A stretch of 64,000 nucleotides of DNA, taken from Tubulanus polymorphus. Its lineage: Eukaryota > Animalia > Nemertea. The DNA lies in contig NC_134026.1 in assembly GCF_964204645.1 (NCBI RefSeq), forward strand, positions 12,299,950 to 12,363,949. Reading direction: 5' to 3'. A model generated the notes under the pieces. That model did no database searches. It had not been told where the DNA came from and saw only the letters and a list, made by a program, of their open reading frames with translations. Shown here piece after piece: positions 46,981-59,920 of the stretch. Both the position numbers and the translations under genes were made by a program. How positions within the stretch are numbered: position 1 is the first letter of the stretch; every line of letters begins with the position of its first letter.

Positions 46981-48398
46981 TTACTTGATATTTTTTGATA
47001 TCATATTTACTAACCCAAAAATAATTGCACTTACAACTGTAATTAAAAATAAAATAATATGTTCAGCAGCAAAGTTAATAATGTTTCCTGCAGATTTCAA
47101 TATAAAACCAACAATTGATGCAATAACTCCTGGCAATGCTGCAGCAGATTTTTTAGATAGTTCCCATAAATATTTTGCTAATTTCTTTAAACCATCTTCA
47201 ACTTTATCTTGTATAGAATTATTACCTGGGGGCTTATCCGGTTTATTTGGAGTAGGAGTAGTTTTTAAAGTATTTGATATTGCTAAACCAATTGTTGTAA
47301 ATAACATAGTTACAGCTGTTAGAATTGAAAGAATTGTTATACCTTCTAACTTAAATAATAATTTTATTCTATCTTTCAATGATATCATAGAATCTGGTTT
47401 TATCAACAAATCTTTAAAAAAAACTTTTAATTTTTTTATATGATTAAGATCATATGATTTTAATAATGTATCTCTTTCTTTTTCCTGTAATTCTTTGTTA
47501 TATTTTAAATCATCTATTTCTTTTTCTAAAGCTAACTTTCTGCTTTCATAATCAGCTTCCTCGATTAATTGAAGATCTCTATTTAATTCTAATTGTTTTA
47601 ATTCTTCATTTGCATTAGTTAATTCTTTTTCTAACATGGTTATTTTAGAAAATCTCATCTTAATATTAGCAATTTCACCAGCTGATTCTTGCATACCTTT
47701 TATTTCTCTACGTGCTTGTTCAGGAAATAAATGCTTCTAATTCATCATCAGTTAAATCAAATAATCCTTTTTCTAGTAAAGATTGTATTCGATTTATTCC
47801 AGTTTCAGTACCGGGTGTATCTAAAACACTATTCATCTCTTCTTCAAATGAATTCATTGTATCCAGTAAGTTATCTAAATGTTTTCCTAATTGTAATTGG
47901 CTTGAATCATTATCAATTTGTTGAATATCTCTTCTCGATGTTTCGGGTGTTGAAGATCTTAATTTATCTAATCGATCTCATGAAAAATGGGTCATCTTTT
48001 AAAATTTGCATTACAACATCTTCTGAATCAATTTCATCTATTACAACTTTTGGCAATAATTCGTTAACAATTTTATCTGTTACTCTAGATTTCATTCTAT
48101 ATAATTCCATGGGTTTATCAGGATATTCTTCTTGTTCTTTTTCTTATAGTTTCATAAATTCTTTTCTTTCTGTTCTAGTTGAAATTTTACCACTTTCAGG
48201 AGCTTCTAAATATTTATTTAATTTTTCACGTACTTCGGTATTAATTCCATCATAATCATCATCTTCACCTAAATTAGTATTATATTCTGTTTTATTATCG
48301 TTACTGAAACTTGTTTCGCTAAATTTGGGTTGTGGTTCATCACTTATACCAGGTTCATCTAAAGGATCCAACTGAATATCTTCTCCACCTTCTGCCAT
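46981..48398 (-). pseudogene. Acidic/coiled-coil protein with a multi-TM C-terminus, fragmented
   Basis: MAEGGEDI... to GITILSILTAVTMLFTTIGLAI...AAALPGVIASIVGFIL...IILFLITVVSAIIFGLV. Confidence 0.8.
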
Positions 48399-48420
48399 TT
48401 ACATAATAAAAAAATTAAAA

Positions 48421-49744
48421 TTAAAAATATAATATTCCTCCAATTACAATTCCTATACAAGTTATAGCTAATTTAGTATTTTCATGGGATTTATTATCAT
48501 TATCAGTTTTAATCATATCATGTTGAATATTATCAGTTCTAATATTTTCTGATGTATTGTAATCTTTTATTTTATAATCATTATTTAATTTAATATTCTT
48601 AGTTTTAGTTTCTGTTGATTGAATATGTTTTTTTATTTTTTTCACCTTCCATTAATTTTCGAGCAGTAATTATCTTTTTATTTATATCATTTAATCCAAA
48701 TGAATTATTTATTGTTGCAGTTTTAATTAGATTATTGTAACCAATTATGTTTCCCATCTTTAATACTATATCATTAGAAATAATTAATAGATTAGGACCT
48801 ATACAATAATTTAATCTAATATGTGATTTATCTATATATTTATTTTGATATCTTACAATGTTTTCTGGAATCGATCTATTTTTATCATTATGAATGGAAT
48901 CTTCAAATACTACTTTAAATTGTTTCTGCGCATCGAATGAAGTGTTATCATTTCCAATTATTGGGGATCTTGCTTCAACTTGCGCACCTAAAATACATAT
49001 CAAATAAGTTCTAATAGATTGATTTATTCTTTGTATTCCAGCTTTAGTAAAACCTTCACTATTTTCTAAAATGAAATTAACCCAACCATTATTGTTTTGT
49101 TGTTGTTTATTATTATAATATTTTGGTAATTCATTCCAATTTAGTGTTCTTATATCTGAATTTGTCATTATTTTTCCAAATTCTTTAGTTTATAATATTC
49201 CTAATCCGCCCATTGTTCCAATTTTTGCTCTAAAATCTTTATTTGAATTAATATTAAATTAATTACATATTTTATAAAACTTAGAAAAATTAATATTATT
49301 ATTCAATTCTTTAAAATATTTTGAACCTGGTAAAGGACATTCTAATTCATCTAATATTAATTTTATTTGAAAATAAGTATGAAATCTAAAAAGTGATAAC
49401 ATCAATGGTAAACTTGGTTTGTTTAAATGATCATTCCAACTAATTCCACATCCTGTTGTTGCGCAATAAACAGCAAAATTTTATTGGTTCCGCCAATACT
49501 TCATGTTACATTTTAATAACCATTGTTTTGCCTCATTTAAATTTTTAAAATTAATTGTATACACATGAAATATATTTTCCATCTTTACATGAAAATTATT
49601 ACTTTCAGTAACATAAATATATAAATCAATTAATGAATTAAAAACTTCATTTCTATATGTAATATCTTTATTAAAATCTATTGCTGGAATATTGTATTTA
49701 ATTGATTTATTATATTGGAAAGCTTTTGGAAAACTATCTGCCAT
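48421..49744 (-). pseudogene. Conserved Polinton protein with a C-terminal TM anchor, fragmented
   Basis: Homologue of 22848-24134. Confidence 0.8.
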
Positions 49745-49764
49745 TTATATAACTAAAAATTTAA

Positions 49765-50887
49765 TAATTTATTAATTCTTTTAATAATTTATCTTGTTCT
49801 TCAACTGTTATATGGCCATTTAAACTTATTATATAATCTAGTGTATTCTTTAATTTATTAATTTCTTTTATATTAGTTTTAATTTTTTTCTTTATTACTT
49901 TTTATATTTAATTTTGAACTTATACCAGTTAAAACACTTGAACTTAATCCTAATACACCAATTGATATAGCTAAAGGTGTTAATGGACTGAATATTGCTA
50001 GAAATGTTATTACAGAACTAATTGTAACCGAACCACTAATAATAAGATAATATATAATTTTACTTTTTAAATATTTTTTCTTTTTAACTTTTAAGTCATT
50101 TTCAAATTCTAATATTTGTTTTTCTAAATATATTTTTAATTTAGTTTTATTTATATCATGAGGAATAATATCAATATTATCAACTTTATCATCCATTTAT
50201 TTAGCAAAAAAAAATTACTAATTAGTAAACTTATAAGCAACAAATATAACAATAACTGTTCCGCCTAAAATCCAAATGATTTCATATTTCTGTTGTTCTT
50301 TACTTGGGGTATAATAATCTGATATTGTAGGTTAATGTAGATGTAATTTTTCTTTATTTGTTACTGCGTTATATAAACTCATTGCATCATCAACTGATTG
50401 AACATCTCTGTGTGAAATCTTCTGATCATATAATTCTTTGTTAATATAATCCATATAGTTTTGTCTCTTTTCTCTTTATTCTTCTGCAGCTTTATTGTAT
50501 TTCTCTAATGCTAAGTTATGTCTTTTTTGTTCTTTTAATGAACCATTTTTATCGATATGCTTAAATATATAACCGCCACCTGTAAATGCTAAAGCGTTAA
50601 CAATTGCCGATCCTATAATAGTTATAACTGCAGAAGCCATTTATTTAGTAAAATAATTATGTATTTATATGGGAGGGATATATTTTTGTTTTTCCAAATA
50701 ATCAATAGTTAAATTAGATAAAGTAACTGCTAACGTTAATTTTAAAATATCATTTATATCAAATCTATCAACATTAACACTTCCCATTTTAAATACTTTT
50801 TTTAATACCATTGAATAACCAACAGTTTCCAACTGATAGTAATGCTCCATTATATAATCCAGTTATAATCCACTTATTATCACTCAT
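49765..50887 (-). pseudogene. Three small membrane-protein genes (homologues of 22397, 21954 and 21708), disrupted
   Basis: Collinear with P1. Confidence 0.8.
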
Positions 50888-50890
50888 TTA

Positions 50891-51229
50891 TTAATCAAAA
50901 AAATTACTATCATCAAAATATTTAGTTATCTTATTTATGATTAATTCAACATTTATTTCATTACTACTTTGATGATTATCATATATTTTGGTTAATATGT
51001 TTTTAATATCATCAATAATTCCATCTTCATTTAATTCATAATATTCTAAAGGTGATTTCATTAAATCAATTACTTTTTCTATATTATAATTTTCTTTATT
51101 AATCATTGATGCATTGTTAAATGATTTACTTTTTATATCAGTAATTACATCATTTAGTTTAATTCTTATTTCTTTACCATGTTTAAAATCAAACCCAAAA
51201 CATATACTCGGCCCAACAGTTATATTCAT
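50891..51229 (-). CDS. 112-aa hypothetical Polinton protein
   Basis: Intact copy of the MNITVGPSICFG family. Confidence 0.75.
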   Translation of the reverse strand: MNITVGPSICFGFDFKHGKEIRIKLNDVITDIKSKSFNNASMINKENYNIEKVIDLMKSPLEYYELNEDGIIDDIKNILTKIYDNHQSSNEINVELIINKITKYFDDSNFFD

Positions 51230-51246
51230 TTATATAGTGAAAAAAA

Positions 51247-52007
51247 TTACTCTCTACATCTTATAACTAATTCATAAATTACAGGGAAATTATTTAAATC
51301 AATTAAGTATCCATTATGATTTCTAATTTCTAATCTAAAATTATTAAAACGAGGAATGCATGGTTTGAAATCACATTCTGTTAAATTATAATTTATTTGC
51401 GTTCCTAATTCTTTAACATTTTTCAATGGTAAAATGTTTAGTAAACCAGAATTACAAGTTATATCTTTTGTTGCTTCGAATGTTTTTGTAGGATCGATTA
51501 AATTGCAATAAATATAAAAGTGTGTAAAAGGTATCAAGTTTGGTGTAGCCTCAATATTTGTAAAAGATTTATCTGGAGGAATTCCTAACAGTTTAGCTAT
51601 AGGTTTTTTACCATAAATTTATGTTTTTCAATATCAGCCAACCTTATCTTTATTTTGTCAGAACTCTCACTTTTTAAAAATCTAATATTAGACCCGGAAT
51701 TTTTACCTGACTTGTGCCAGGCTTTTCTATTAATTTCTTGTGCCAATGTATCTAAATTATATAACCCCCCGGTTTTAAATATATATAGGCCCATTCATTT
51801 TTATTTTTATTGAAAATTAAAAAGGCTCTATGTTCAACAGTTTTATTCGATATATTGTAAAATGAGTTACATAAACTTATATTTACTAATTTTAAATCAA
51901 CACAATTTTTATATTCTCTATCTAATTGTACTAGTAAATTATGAGATTTATAATTTGTAAGTCTTTGTAGAATCTAGAAATATTCTGTATTCTTTTAGTT
52001 CCACCAT
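51247..52007 (-). pseudogene. Minor capsid protein, frameshifted
   Basis: Homologue of 20598-21341. Confidence 0.72.
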
Positions 52008-52019
52008 TTATTTTACATA

Positions 52020-52376
52020 TTTTATTCGAAATCTATTTCGTGGTGCCCCTTTTCATTCTTACCCTTTGTATACGAAATAGAAATCTCCAGAACATAATTC
52101 TTCTAGATCTTTACTTGATAATCTAACAAATCTATCTGGTAAATATGTTCTAAATTTATATGTATTTCCTTTTAATCCTTCATATTCTAAGTGTATAACT
52201 AATTTATCTCCATATTTGTTAGTAACTGTATCAATATTTGTAATTAGATATTTCTTATGGATTATTAATTCTTTTAACTTCTTAAATTTATAATCTACTG
52301 ATTTGACATTTGAAGTATCTTTTATTCTATCTAGAAATGATTTGTTGTTCTCACTGTTTGCTTGTTTACTCTCCAT
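52020..52376 (-). pseudogene. Small conserved (possibly OB-fold) protein with a frameshift near the 3' end
   Basis: Homologue of 20227-20580. Confidence 0.7.
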
Positions 52377-52404
52377 TTATTATACATATTTTTATTAAAA
52401 TTTG

Positions 52405-55400
52405 AATAACACGTTAGAATTCTTTTCAGTATCTCCTTCTCTTTTGTTTCTTCTCTTTTAAATTTTAGGTATTCATCTAAATTACAACCATAAGCAACTG
52501 TATGAATTCCATCATCTAAAATATATCTTTTATCATCAAATGGGTTTAGACTTATCTTTTCAATTTCTTCAATAAACATTTCATGATCTTCAGATCTTAA
52601 ACATTTCATCTCGTGTTTTCTAACTTCTTCATTGAATATACAATTGATGTAATCTTTGAAATGAATATTCTTTTCTACTTCACTTTTGGTTATTCCTTTT
52701 AACTTTTTAGCTTCATGTTCTTTAGTTTTATATGAATACATTTTAGATCTAATACCAATGAACTCTATCATTTCTTCACCGCCTAATTCATCCTTAAACT
52801 TCCCGGGTCGCTTTTTATTATCATTGCTAAACAATTCATGATCTTTAGGATAGTTACTAAAATCAAAATGATGTTTAAATGTTTTTAAATCATCAGTTAT
52901 GTTATTAGTTTTTATCTTTAATATGTAACTGTCAGTATCAAAGTATAGAATTTCTATATGATTTTCTCCAAAATGAGGTTGTAATACGTTATAATAGAAT
53001 TCATACATCAATAGCTTTGATATTTCTAAAACTGAAGCACCAACATAGATTGGTTTATTAAATTTCATTGATGTTCTTCTCATCTTAACTGCAGCTAAAT
53101 TTTCATCAAATATTCTGTTACCTATAAATTTAGGATATGTTTGTAAATGCCTTATCCTTTTGCCATTACTTACTAACTCAATATCATTTCTATTTCTAAT
53201 ATTTTCACAAGTCTTACCATAGAATGCATTATTCATTAACTTGAAGAAATCTTTCTCGAAATCAGTTTTAGCTTGAGTTCTCTGTTTGGTGTTAAAATCT
53301 ATATATTTTTCTAACCACTTAGATTGACTAAATGAAATATATCTATGTACTTTTTTTAGAACCATTCCTTGTTTTAGATACAACTTTAACATTCTATAAT
53401 GTACTACATAATTAGATTTATCTTCCTGAGTTACCATTAACTTTTCTGTATGAATACGATTTTCGGGTTTAATTCTTTTTTGGTAATTTGATAATTCTTC
53501 ATGAGTTACAGTTTTATGTTCGGGACAGTAAGCTAGATTTCTAGATTTAAATTTAATATGTTCAGGATATTCTAAATCTACAACAAAGAAGTAACCAGTA
53601 TCTGAATCATCTGCAATATCTAGAATTCTTTTCTTCCAATCAAATTTATCATTATTTTCACGTTGTAAAACTTCACTTATTTCAAATACTCCACAAGGTT
53701 GTGGTTCCATCATTGCCCAACCATACAAATTATTTGCATATATAATAACTTATATCCAGGGTTATCATTTACATTGAAATATCTATCCCCTAATACACCT
53801 GAAACACCTCCTCTTATAGATTTTTCAAATAATAGTAATTGATCTATATTTGTTAACAAATCCATTTTTATATCTGTAAATTTTAATCCACAATCCCATG
53901 TTAAACCTGGTGATGAATAACAATGACAAGGATCAATGTTAAAATATTTTAGGTTTACATCTCTAAACCTTTCGAATATATCGGTTAATAATAATACATC
54001 TGATTTTAGATATAAATCTACTAATTGCCCATGATTTTTCATTCTAAAATGATTCCAAATATTCAATGTTCTGTTATATACTTCATCTTTAACATATTCA
54101 TTTTTTAATTCATCATAGAATTGTTCTTTTAATAATTCAGTTATGTTAAAATCATTATGTGATTTATAAAATGAATATGGAATTGCGCCTTTATATCTCA
54201 TTAATTGAAAATCATCATTATTTGGGTAGTGTTGCTTTAATATTTTTAATTCATCATCAACTAATGATTTTGATAAGTTATCTAATGAACCTTTTAAAAA
54301 TCTATATGAATCTATACATCTTAGGCAACCAAATTGGAATGATATATAATTCCAGATGTTTTAGCTAACATTCTAAATTTATAAGTTGGTATTTTATCTT
54401 TTGATCTATTTGAATTTAATCTTTCTATTTCATTATTAATTTCTTCTATTTTATGGCATAACTGTTTGATAAATAAATGTGCATCATATCCTGATAGATT
54501 ATGAAATATAACTGGAACAAAATTTACTTTTTTGGCTTGTAAATTACAATTCTCATGCGCTGCGCCTCTAAACTTTCCATTCAAATGAACATGGTCTCTT
54601 ACTTTTTTATCTTTATAATTAAATATCTTTTCACAATAATAACATTTACCCGCAAACACAAATTCTTCTTTATCTTCTTCTGTCATTATAATTTCTATAT
54701 TTGTATTCAATAATTTACTAAATCTTATTTCATATTCAATTAATAAGTCACAAAAATGATTGATAACATTTTCATTTCTATAATTATAATATTCACTTTT
54801 AATTAGTTCTGGATAATCAGATTTTATATATAGTCCGAAAGCTGCAGCTGATTGATGAATCTTTTTAATTGTATTTGTTTTTGGTGGTTCATCTGAAAAA
54901 TAATTTACATTAGAATTTAATTTCTTTCTTTTATAATATATTTCTTTTCTATCTTGATCAGTTAATTCTTTATTTAATGATTCAAAATCTCCATATATGA
55001 CAAATAGAACTTTATTTTTGTAATCATATTTTTTGAATTCTAATATTTTATCCTTTTCATTTGGTAAAACTAATTTACAATAATCATGATTTTCACATAA
55101 TTGTTTATGATTTAATAATGTACTTTCATTACTGAATCTATGTAAACATTTTCTACAAAGATATATTTTATGGTGATCATTTTCTGATTTAAAAAATAAA
55201 TCGATTTGTTTAATCCACATATAATGATTCTCATAATATAATATATCTATAACATCATTTGAATCATAATCTTTTGATAGGTATAAAGGTTCTAATGTAT
55301 AATGTTTTATATTGTTAACTTTTGTATTTGGTAATTTGATTAGATCAAATACATTTATCTTTATATTATTATCTCTTTCTATTTTTGGGATGTTTTTAAT

Positions 55401-56438
55401 TATAACAGGATACTTATCTATCTTATAATTATTTTCAAATGGTTTATAATGAGTTAATCTAAAACTATGTGTAATATCTTCTGTTGGATGTAAGCAACTT
55501 ATAATTGTCCATAGAAAACATTTATCATCTTCATTTTGTACATTTATTACAGCATTAGTTTTAAATGGTAGTTTAATATAACTAGATGCTTCAATATCTG
55601 GTTCTTTATAATATGATACATTATTTTCATCAATTGGTTTTGATTTAGTTAACTTATTATATTTTGTGTTATACACATGTAAAGTCATAAATATTATTTC
55701 ATCGAATATTAAACCTGATCCTTCAAAATATTTCTCTTCTATTTTAGTTTTTACTTCATTATAACATTTATCTAATTTATCATCTATATGTTGTTTATAT
55801 ATAATATGTTGTGAATGAGAATTTATATTATATATTGGTTTATCTTCAGATTTTATAAACTTTACTTTAACTGATATACTAATTTTAGGGTATTCAACAT
55901 CTATTATTATTTTTATTATTTCTTTCATATTTTCTAAATGTTTTTTATTTTCTTCTAATGTTTTTCCTTTATGAAATTTAAACTCGATAGCTGCTGGGCC
56001 AATATCACTTTTAAATGCTTCGGTTATCTCTATATCTTTTTTATTATCTAATGAATTAATATAATTTCGTACATCTTCCATGTATGGTCTTTTATTGTTT
56101 AATTTATTTTTTATGCTTTTAATTGTCTTCTGTTTCTTATCATTATCTTTATCAAAATAATCTTCACCTAAAATATCATTATTCATATTTCTAATATGAC
56201 TTTTAGATTTTAAATGTTCTTTATAATATCTTTTATCACTGAATGATTGATTACATGTATCACATTTGTATGTTTCTTTTTCATTCTTTAATTCATCTAA
56301 TTTAGTTTCTAATATATCATCTTTATATTCTAGTTTCAATTTATTCTCTAAATGTGTTTTAGTTTTATTATGTCTTGATTTTTGGGATTTATCTATATTG
56401 ATATTACATGTTGGGCAGTAGTACTTATTTGCTTCCAT
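52405..56438 (-). pseudogene. polB: Protein-primed PolB, frameshifted near 54350 and 53735
   Basis: Same motifs as the P1 polB, including an intact YFDTDS. Confidence 0.96.
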
Positions 56439-56459
56439 TTTAATACTAAATTTTTTATT

Positions 56460-56671
56460 AAAATTGATTTTAGAAGTTCAATAATTTATATCATGTATTA
56501 TTTCAATCACACTTTACTAACACTTTTAATGTCTAAAAATCTAACTCATACAAATATGAATATTGAAATAATGTTTAAAATATATCTATATATCTATTCT
56601 ATAAGAGCTTACACTTTTATATTGAATAATCTGTCAATTTAAATGTTATTCATGTATATGAATATCTTAAG
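56460..56671 (-). repeat. P2 inner TIR, right copy
   Basis: Inverted match to 39289-39500. Confidence 0.9.
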
Positions 56672-56824
56672 AGTAATAGGGGTTTAGTTGTTCTATATTA
56701 AAGGTTGAATGATCGAGTGAGTAAAAAATAAAAAATAAATTCGAGTGTGCGAGAATTTATTTTTTATTTTTTTACTCACTCGACCTCTCGACCTTTGGTA
56801 TAGAACAACTAAACCCCTATTACT
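56672..56824. repeat. P2 right fold-back palindrome (153 bp)
   Basis: AGTAATAGGGGTTTAGTTGTTCTATA...TATAGAACAACTAAACCCCTATTACT. Confidence 0.93.
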
Positions 56825-56870
56825 CTCTTAGTTGTGAGTCAAACACCTTATCCACCCTGCCACTGGACAG
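56825..56870 (-). mobile_element. tRNA-derived SINE or tRNA pseudogene, A-box half (split by P2)
   Basis: Minus strand reads GTCCAGTGGCAGGGTGGATAAGGTGTTTGACTCACAACTAAGAG, containing A-box-like TGGCAGGGTGG. Confidence 0.75.
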
Positions 56871-57124
56871 GACGCGTCTTTTACCGTTAGTGGGAGGACG
56901 CGACACGGCGAGTGGCGATTGCTACTTTCATCTGGTGTTATCTTACAGTACGTAATTTTACGTTAAAAATAGGATGGAGAGTGCATAGATAGAATCTACG
57001 CGGATAGAATGATTATTATATTACTATCGGAATTCTACATTTCGATTAGAAGCTGTTAGTTGTCGAATCTGATAGATGAACTTTTTGTGCGAAAAAAAAG
57101 TGGAAAATATGTAAATAATAATAA

Positions 57125-59920
57125 TAATCAACAGAATTACAAGAGCGTTTTATAGAGTTTGTAACGAATTTGATATAGATATAAATAATTCTGATTTTAG
57201 AACAAAAATTGGAACAATAAGATCAATTCCTTGTCCTGAAAATATTTTACAATATTGTGCACTTCCCATACCATCTAATAGTTTTTATAATACCTATAAT
57301 AATAAATTAGGTTATGGTAAAATAGAAAACATGGATTTACAAACATTAAATGTCAATAAATTACCGAAATTTTATGATCATTTAAAACAAGAAAACATTA
57401 ATGGTTGGGTTTATTTTATTTTAGATAATAGTGAAGGTTTTACTAAATCAGGTATACAAAGAATAAATCAAACAATTAGAACTTATTTGATATGTATTCA
57501 AGGTGCACAAGTTGAAACAAGATCCCCAATAATTGGAAATTTAAATACATCATTTGATACACAAAAACAATTTAAAGTATTATTTGAAGATTCAATTCAT
57601 AATGATAAAAATAGATCGATTCCAGAAAATATAGTTAGGTACCAAAATTATTTAGATAAATCACATGTAAGATTAAATTATTGTATAGGTCCTAATTTAT
57701 TAATTATTTCTTATGATTTAATATTAAAAATGGGAAATATAATTGGTTATAATAATTTAATTAAGACTGCAACAATAAATAATTCATTTGGATTAAATGA
57801 TATAAATTAAAAGATTATTACTGCTCCAAAATTAATGGAAGGTGAAAAAATTAAAAAAAAAACATATTCAATCAACAGAAACTAAAACTAAGAATATTTA
57901 ATCAAATAATGATTCTAAAGTAAAAGATTACAATACAACAGAAAATATATAAGCCGATATTATCCAACATGATATAATTAAAACTAATAATGATAATAAA
58001 TCAGATGAAAATACTAAATTAGCTATAACTTGTATAAGAATTGTAATAGGAGGAATATTATATTTCAAATTTTAATTTTTATAAGATATAAATGGAAGTA
58101 GAAGGTGGAGAAGCTTAAGAAATGGGAGAAATGGGAAATAATAATGATGGATTTATACCTGATGAACCACAACCTGATTTTAATGAAACTAATATTGATA
58201 ATGATGATGGATCAGCATATAATTCTAATTTAGCAGATAGTGGTTCTAAAGCCCCTTCAACAGACGAATTTGATAAAAAAACTAAATCGAGAATAAATGC
58301 TGAAAATGAAAATCCAGATCAAGTAAAACAAAATTTAGAATATAATGAATATATTTATAATTTCAAACCTATATTTGAAAGATCTGGATATAGCATAAAT
58401 GATAGAGGTGCCAGATATTTAGTACGAGAATTAAAATCTATAGATGGTGAATATTACTATCATTTGAAAGATGATTATTATATTAACATCACTTATAAAA
58501 ATCAAAACAAAATATTAGCAGAATCAACTTTGAGTAATTTAGAACCATCTAGAATTAAAAGAATAAGTAATAGTAATGAAATAGAAAATGTTACCGACAA
58601 AAAAAATAAATAAAAATAAAAGAGTATTTAAACAAAGAATTAATGATTTATTTGAAACAATCAAAAATAATTTAGAAACAGAAACAACCTCTGAACAGAA
58701 TATAACTTCCAAAACTAGTAAACTTAAATCAAATAAAGTTCCAATTGAAAAACTTTTACCAAATGGGTTACTTGATGCAACAGGTCAAGAATTAGAAGAA
58801 TTAGATATATTTTCTGATAAAGCAATTAGATAAATTATTAGTATAAGACTTGCATCTGATAAAATTGCGCATGATAAAAGTATAAGAGATTTTAAAATAA
58901 GAGCTTTAGAAAAAGATAGAACTGATGAAATTAAAGAAGTAGAACAATTAAAATTAGATAGAGATAATAAAGTTATTGAAGAGATTGAATTTAAAAAAAG
59001 AAATGCATATTTAGAAAAAGAAAGGGATGATTTAGAATATAACATAGAATTTCAGAAAGAAGAAATGAAATCATTATTAAAATCAAATTAAAACGATTAT
59101 AATATTAATAGATTAAAAGTTATTTTTAAAGATTTATTGATAAAACCAAATTCTGAAATATCATTAAAAGATAGAATAAAATTATTATTTAAACTAGAAG
59201 GTATCACAATTCTTGTAATTCTTGGAATGAGAATGATAGATCAGTGGCCAGAAATTAGAAAACATTTTATGAATGAAAAAATAAAATCATCTGAAAATTG
59301 TAATAATAATCAAATTGATTATTATACCGGTAATACATACGCATTATGGTTAGATTTTAGAACAACTGAAGATAATTCATTACATGGTTCTGGGAAAAAA
59401 CTACAAAAAACAAAAGAGTGAATACAATTATTCATGAAAAAGGAAAAAAGAAGTTTAAATTTCAAAATGCACATTTATATTATATCTGACGCGCAATTAA
59501 ATATTGTAAATTCTTAATTGAATAGTGTTATGTATTAAAATTTTAATTTTAATAAAAAATTCTATAATAAATGGAAGGAGGAATATATGAAATACAAAGT
59601 CCAAGTAAAATGATATCAGATATATATTATGTAATACCTCATGAAGAATATAGTAAGTATTTTGGAGAATACTTTAATCAATTCAAATATAGAATAAGTA
59701 GAATAATAAAAGTGGTGTTGTTGATATTTTAAGTAATGAAATTGATAATAATGTTATTCCTTCTACATCTGATAATGTTTTACCTTCTACATATAATAAT
59801 GAAATAATATTAAATTATAGTGAAAATAGAAATTATTGTGGTTATTGTAAAGGTGAATTTTCAAACAGTCCATCAAATTGGAATAACCATATGAATACAG
59901 CTGTACATATTACTTATGTA
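57125..59920 (+). mobile_element. Divergent, decayed Polinton-like fragment P3a (conserved protein, MAEG-like gene, MCP 3' end, ZnF gene 5' end)
   Basis: Homology to 23330-27010, with a deletion at about 59220 fusing LEGITIL to GMRMIDQWPE. Confidence 0.88.

Larger units (their letters stand above)
34737..56824 (-). mobile_element. Polinton/Maverick-like endogenous virus P2, 22.1 kb between TSDs; viral body 38998-56824
   Basis: CTCTTA|AGTAATAGGGG at 34731-34747 and CCCCTATTACT|CTCTTA at 56814-56830. Same gene set as P1 in the reverse orientation. Confidence 0.9.
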
